Positions 58,962 to 64,000 of a stretch of DNA of 64,000 nt are shown in pieces (the first letter of the stretch is position 1; every line of letters starts with the position of its first letter). The position numbers and the translations under genes were made by a program. A model generated the notes under the pieces. That model ran no database searches. It saw nothing but the letters and a program-made list of their open reading frames with translations, and had not been told where the DNA came from. This DNA comes from Chlorokybus atmophyticus (lineage: Eukaryota; Plantae; Mesostigma and Chlorokybus algae), in contig RHPI01000003.1 in the NCBI GenBank assembly GCA_009103225.1, forward strand, positions 1 to 64,000, written 5' to 3'.

Positions 58962-60751
58962 CTATAAGCCCACAATATATACAATGTACCGGCAGTGGTG
59001 AGAGTATGTCCACTTGCAACTGAGCAGCCGACTTGCGCATGAAACTACCCTATAACATTGAGTCCGCATGGCCCAAAATCTGCTCGAGCTGGGGCACTTG
59101 TGATCATCCTGCACACTTTGCGCTATGGATGGCCTGGCGCGAAACACACAATGGTAGAAGCAATTACCATCCGTTGGCGCATTGAAGTGGTCCCTTGAGG
59201 CGAGCTGGCCACTTAGCATGACTGATGGCCGTATGCGGGTTGCGGCCAGCTTTTCTGATGACCGTTGGCAGGTGGTGACCCCTGTTGCATGCGCATACAG
59301 CACTCAAATGGCGTGTCCAACTGTGGACGGCAAGAGTCACAGTGACTGATAAAGTACCTGAGTTTGGGGCAGACCGCCGGCTTCAACTTGCAGCGGGTGG
59401 GGTAAGGTAGGTGCAGAAGCCACATCGGTTGTTGCATTGTGCTGTGGTCTTGCCGGAGGCGGCAAGAAGGATTGTTGCCCCGCAATTACCGCTGCTGCTC
59501 GTGGAGGAGATGGCAGTGCATGAAGGACTGGTGCCGCGGAAGGTGGTTGCGCTCTGGCTGCGAGGGGAGCAGGAGCGGTAGGTGAGACCACTTGTGCATG
59601 CAGCAAGGGGGAAATGTATACAGGACCTAGGATAAGAGGGCTCACAATGTTGCAAAGGATGAATATAAGCTTATGCAGTGCCTGACGCATTGTTACCAAG
59701 GCACGAGCATAAAAGACAGCGACTTACCTCAATGGCCCGTGGGCTGCATGGAGCAGGGGAAGCCATAGGGGCTGACAAGGTGGTATTGGGTGCACTCTCC
59801 CCGCCACCCTCGATCGCAAACTCGTCACGGAGCTCGTGAGCCATGGGCACATCATGCGCCACTGCCCCAATGGACATGTCGGGATTCAACAGGCCAACAT
59901 GCATGTTAAACTGATGCCGCATTGCCGCCGCGCCCATCAGCAAGTGGGATTGAAGGACCAGTTGATGGGATTAAATCCAGGCTTGCATAGGAGCTCCAAC
60001 AGGACCTAGTGCACTGTGGTGCTGTCAACCAATCACATGTGGGTTAACTGCATGCTTGCAACACTGCAATTGCAATAGTCAACTGCGTCACACCGTCATC
60101 AGTTAGTTGCTTCGAACAGTCACCTGCGGCATTGCTAGTTGATGCACAAATGATTGCATGGACTGCGTCATTGCTGGTTGATGCACTATTGGTTGAATGC
60201 CGGACAATGGCCACGCGCTCCTGTGCTCAAACCCAGCCTACTTCGTTCGGCACGCGCGCGCGACTTCGCACGCTCACGCACATCCTAGCATGCAAAGGTA
60301 GGCATGCATTGGAGGTGCATGCAGTTAGCATGCACAGCGAGATTGGCAACAACATACCGCCGCCCAGCTCTGTCTATCTGCTCTGACTTCCGCAATGTCG
60401 GCTTGACTGTAGGGTGGGTATGGGTGAATAGTGGAGGCCTGCAGCCACGCTACATATATCACATGGACTGCGCTAAAAAACAAATTGCTCTTGCAAGGAA
60501 ATGCATGTGACTGTTGTTGTTGAGCGTACCTCGGCATTCCTTTGTGCTTGTTCCCACAGCCGCAATTGGTCCCGCATGGCTCTGACAAGGGGCTCTAAGG
60601 ACTGCAGCTCCTGATCCACTCCTTGTTGCAGAAAGCGAGCCACCAAGCAGCTCTCTGTGTAAAGATGGTCATTAATGGCTTGCCTGCTGGTTTGTCCAAT
60701 GTTGGTGATGCATGTTGGACAGTCCCATTGCTGACGCCTGCCATGATCCAT
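58962..60751 (-). pseudogene. C2HC zinc finger plus OTU-like cysteine protease gene remnant
   Basis: MDHGRRQQWDCPTC...INDHLYTESC; FNAPTDGNCFYHCV (DGNCFY at 59154-59171); an in-frame TAA near 59975 in my exon model. Confidence 0.55.
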
Positions 60752-60799
60752 GACGTGGCCCCCGGTAGTAGCTGGCTTCGCTGCTTGAACTCTTACGAC

Positions 60800-61595
60800 C
60801 ACAACTTCTCGCAAGATGTGCCACGCCGCCGCAGCCGCCGCCTCCTCCTCCGACTCCTGGTCCTCCGCCTCCTAGTCGAACCTAATGCCTTGTTGGTATA
60901 ATTGTCGCAGACAAGTCATGGCGGAGATTTGAGGTGACCGACACTGCAGACCCGGAGCGGAGGAGATACATCCATGAATGGGGCAATCCCATAATCTGGC
61001 AAATGATCGTGCAATGCTGGTCCCACGCCGTCACTACACCTGGTCGCCGGCAGCTGATAGTCAACCACCTCACATACATGTTGCTTACGTTGAGCACTCT
61101 GAACTCCATCATTAGCAATTCAGGAATGCTGTTGCCCCAAACTACAAGCTTGCAGACGCGTTGCAGTGAATAGTGGCTTTCGATGCCACTAAGACATGCC
61201 TGTAAAGTACGTAGGTGGAGCGCATCCTAAAGGGCAAGGATGGAGACCCTCTCCTAGCTGCCAGCATAGACACACATGAAGAGTACCTCAGCGAAATCAA
61301 CACCATGATCATGTCAATGAAGCGGGAGATGAGGCAACGGTACGCAGCCCTCCAGCCATTCACCCTTGTGAAACGCCGCACTGCATCTTGTGGCGAATAT
61401 TTGAAAGATCCCAATCGGCGCCGGCCGCAAGAGACAGCAGCTCGTGACCCGCTCGCTGAGGGAAAAGCGGCATTTCATTGGCTGGCACAACCGTTTGAGA
61501 AGGAAGAGCAAGCTCCGGCGTCTCCTCCACAGGCCCCAGCGCGTGGTGCTTTGTTCCATGATGACGAGCAAATCGATGATGGAGAGGAGCTGTAG
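60800..61595 (+). pseudogene. Unknown spliced gene remnant, divergent from the zinc finger/OTU gene
   Basis: Pro-rich stretch with an in-frame TAA, then WRRFEVTDTADPERRRYIHEWGNP... and ERILKGKDGDP...DDEQIDDGEEL*. Confidence 0.45.
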
Positions 61596-61975
61596 CGCAC
61601 TTGATAGTCCGTTTAGCTGGTAGTGTACATAGCTACAAGGCTCTTGTGACTGGATGTTGTGCATCTTAAACTAGCTCAGTCGATCGTCATTATGCTCATG
61701 CATGTCAATACTTGCATCCCTATGCTATACAACAGAATTGCATTCGAGTCACATAATCGAACTACAAGCCTTGGCAAGTGACAAAGAGACACTGTACACA
61801 TTTCAGGTACATGTACACAGCACAGGCGCATAACAATGCTGGCGATCAATGACAGTCGCGTGTAGTCAAGCTATGCAAATACATATGACGACAGTTAGGC
61901 ATTAGTCACCTTCAGTTGTTAAAGAATGCCTTATCTTGTCGATAATTACCTAGTTGGTGCTTGTGAATTAGGCTT

Positions 61976-62280
61976 AGTCGCCTGCGCTGGACTGGTGTGT
62001 AACCGGCAGGTGCCTGTCACATAGGCTGAGTCACCTAAGTAAGACTGATGTGTAATTTGCAAATGCCTGCTAATTAGGTGTAGTCACCTGTTAAGGCCTG
62101 ATGTGTAACTTATAGGTGCCCGTTGATTAGTTGTAGTCACCTAGTAAGGCCTGATGTGTAACTAACAGGTGCATGTACATTATACAAAGTCACCTGTTAA
62201 GGCCTGATAGGTAACTAACAGGCGCCTGTTAATTAGGCATAGTCAACTGTTAAAGACTAAATTGTAACAAAAAGGGCCTA
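61976..62280. repeat. 53-bp degenerate tandem array (~6 copies)
   Basis: AGTCACCT...AAGGCCTGATGTGTAAC starts at 61976, 62029, 62082, 62135, 62188 and 62241. Confidence 0.9.
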
Positions 62281-63049
62281 ATAGTAACGGAAGTTACTAT
62301 TAGGTCCCTGTATTAAAATTACAGGTGGACTGAGCCACAACAGTCTAGATTAGTGTCCTAAGGTGCACGACCGTTGCCAATATTTAGTCGGCCGGCAGGG
62401 AAAACATATTGCGACGTTGTGATGGGTTTCCAGGTGGCAGCAATTGCGTGCACAATACATGACGCTCCGCGGTTACATGGGCGAGAGCGGTAAAGCCAGC
62501 TACTTTAAGTGCACACCTGAGATGAGGGAGGACTATGGGTGGCAGAAATGCTTGCTGCTGAATGACCTTGAGGTGAGCTTTGGTTGCAACAGGTGTCAGC
62601 CTAAATGGTAACAAGTGCTAAATGTAAGCCTGTGCTGCAGCTGTACGAAGGCATGGTGTCGTGGCTCGATGACAGTCACGCGGCTGATCCAGCAGCTCCA
62701 TGGGACTCTGGCTCACCAAATGAGCAGAGTGAAGGTGTGACCACAGCATCTGGCAGCAAGAAAATGGGCAAAAAAAAAACAGCTGCTACCGCTGACAACT
62801 TCATTCACCCCGTGCGTGAAGATCAAGAGTTCAGCCGTTCACTTCTTGCTGAGATGTGTGCTCAAAGTAGTAAGGCCACTGCAGCAATGGTAGAACAGAT
62901 GACTGCCGACCGCGAGGCATTCGTGTCGTCATTTGACAAGGTGGCGACAGCACTCGCAAACTTCAAGGCAGCCTAAGCTCTGATAAACACATTGCCGTGC
63001 ATGTGTGTAGCATGTGTGGTTGGCTCTTTTTTGCTGTGTATGTAAGTAT

Positions 63050-64000
63050 CATGTAAGCTGTATGGCAGTGCATGGCAATGACGAGCTCATCACCCGGATG
63101 ACGCTGCCACAAATAGTATGTGACATTGTCTCAATTCCTTGCAAACATTTCAGCAAGTAAGTCGCATACGTAGTTGGCATTGTTGTTAGGCCATAAACTT
63201 TGAACTTCTGGTTGTATGTTATCTTCAAGCAGGTGCTCAGGCTGCAGTGCCTGCAGTATAATCTATGAGTCCTCCTCAGCGCAGTCAAACAAGAAGTTAT
63301 GAAGCACTACGGCTGAGATGATTGTATCACGCAAAAAATTCTATGCAACACCTTGTGGCACCATGAGTATACGCCAATGTCTCTTCAACACCCCTGCACA
63401 TCCAAATGCTCTGCACCAATTGCCTTGAGTGCGTACATATGCTATGTTATGACCACTTACTCAATGCATGCTCGATGATGATACGTGCACTTGAATGCTT
63501 GAAGTTGAAGTCACGCTTGAGTTTTGGCATGCGAGAGTTGTCGCGTGGACCAGAATATGGCACCACCAAGTGCTGCGTTGCTGGGTAACCAGCATCACCA
63601 AGCAAGTATGGGTGGATCTCATCACCTACCACGCAATGTTTAATCCACAACCTCATAATGTTTCAACAGCAATGCACCTTGACATCAACATGTGCAGGAC
63701 TCACCTACGGGTAAGGTCATGATAGGGTCCCTCAAAATGTCCCCACAATCAATCCCTTGCCACAGAGAGGACCGTTGAAATACCCATGCGTTATGTACAG
63801 AACCCGGGAAGCCCAGCTGCAAGTCTTGAAAGCGTGCGGTCATGTCACAGGCAGCCTGTGAATAGCACGCACGTCAAATTTCCCACATATTGTATCCAGC
63901 CGAGGCACTTACTGCCCTTACCTGTATGACGACACTGTAGTGACCTTTTCTGTTGTAATATTTTGCACACTGCTCGGTGTGTGGTTATCAAATGGGTATT
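63050..64000 (-). pseudogene. Harbinger/HARBI1-type DDE transposase (DDE_Tnp_4) with several stops; N-terminus outside window
   Basis: YYNRKGHYSVVIQ|AACD...GFPGSVHN, YLLGDAGYP, FNFKHSSARIIIEHA, VLKRHWRIL, VVLHNFL; stops at 63985-63990, 63341 and 63263. Confidence 0.92.

Larger units (their letters stand above)
58512..62433. mobile_element. Nested cargo-gene island inside the Myb/SANT intron; exact ends unresolved
   Basis: Contains two divergent spliced gene remnants, a 53-bp array and a hairpin; far larger than other introns in the window. Confidence 0.6.
57484..62976 (+). pseudogene. Trihelix Myb/SANT DNA-binding protein of the Harbinger element, with in-frame stop and 3.9-kb intron
   Basis: WTLDEITSLVRGW...SA*TRWKEV...GRNPESCKQK|WQQLRAQY; GT at 58512 and AG at 62433 are phase-consistent; further exons 62434-62572 and 62641-62976; TAA at 58420. 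Confidence 0.8.
57244..64000. mobile_element. Decayed PIF/Harbinger DNA transposon (Myb/SANT gene on +, DDE transposase on -, convergent); left end tentative, right end outside window
   Basis: Two-gene Harbinger layout; TTA|GGGCCCG at 57241-57250 resembles a PIF target plus TIR start. Confidence 0.8.

Noticed and set aside
61976-62280. 53-bp array as a CRISPR array
   Set aside because: Whole units are degenerate copies with no unique spacers, the context is eukaryotic, and no cas genes are present.
58685-62334. GTGGACTGA direct repeat near both ends of the nested island as a 9-bp TSD
   Set aside because: No terminal inverted repeats lie inside it, so a chance match cannot be excluded.
62320-62350. 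Canonical Helitron 3' end (hairpin plus CTAG)
   Set aside because: The stem before CTAG is only 4 bp, and CTAG is followed by A rather than T.

Overview
Eukaryotic nuclear DNA from the green lineage. Evidence: spliceosomal introns, a plant-type nuclear MinE, a plastid fibrillin, a plant-type initiator tRNA and AAACCCTAA telo-boxes. An early-diverging streptophyte alga is my inference, not something the sequence proves. The centre (~9.5-56.7 kb) is a compact gene block, often head-to-head: two paralogous secreted proteins, a large coiled-coil protein, prolyl 4-hydroxylase, MinE, a J-like-domain coiled-coil protein, a 2OG-Fe(II) oxygenase, fibrillin, mitochondrial ACP, a TOG/crescerin-like protein, N-myristoyltransferase, NAP1, an LEA-like protein and tRNA-iMet. 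Both flanks are nested mobile DNA. Left flank: the 5' end of a Ty1/copia element, whose primer-binding site matches the anticodon half of the tRNA-iMet in this same window. It abuts a repeat-terminated island with two divergent spliced genes (a zinc-finger protein and a SAM plus BAH-like protein) and no visible transposase. Right flank: a decayed PIF/Harbinger element whose Myb/SANT gene has a 3.9-kb intron holding a second island (zinc finger plus OTU-like gene, 53-bp array, terminal hairpin). The best candidate for something undescribed is that both islands open a minus-strand gene with an identically spaced W-x-C-x2-C-x11-I-x2-H-x5-C finger. Gene models were spliced by eye, and all domain calls are motif recognition without database searches.
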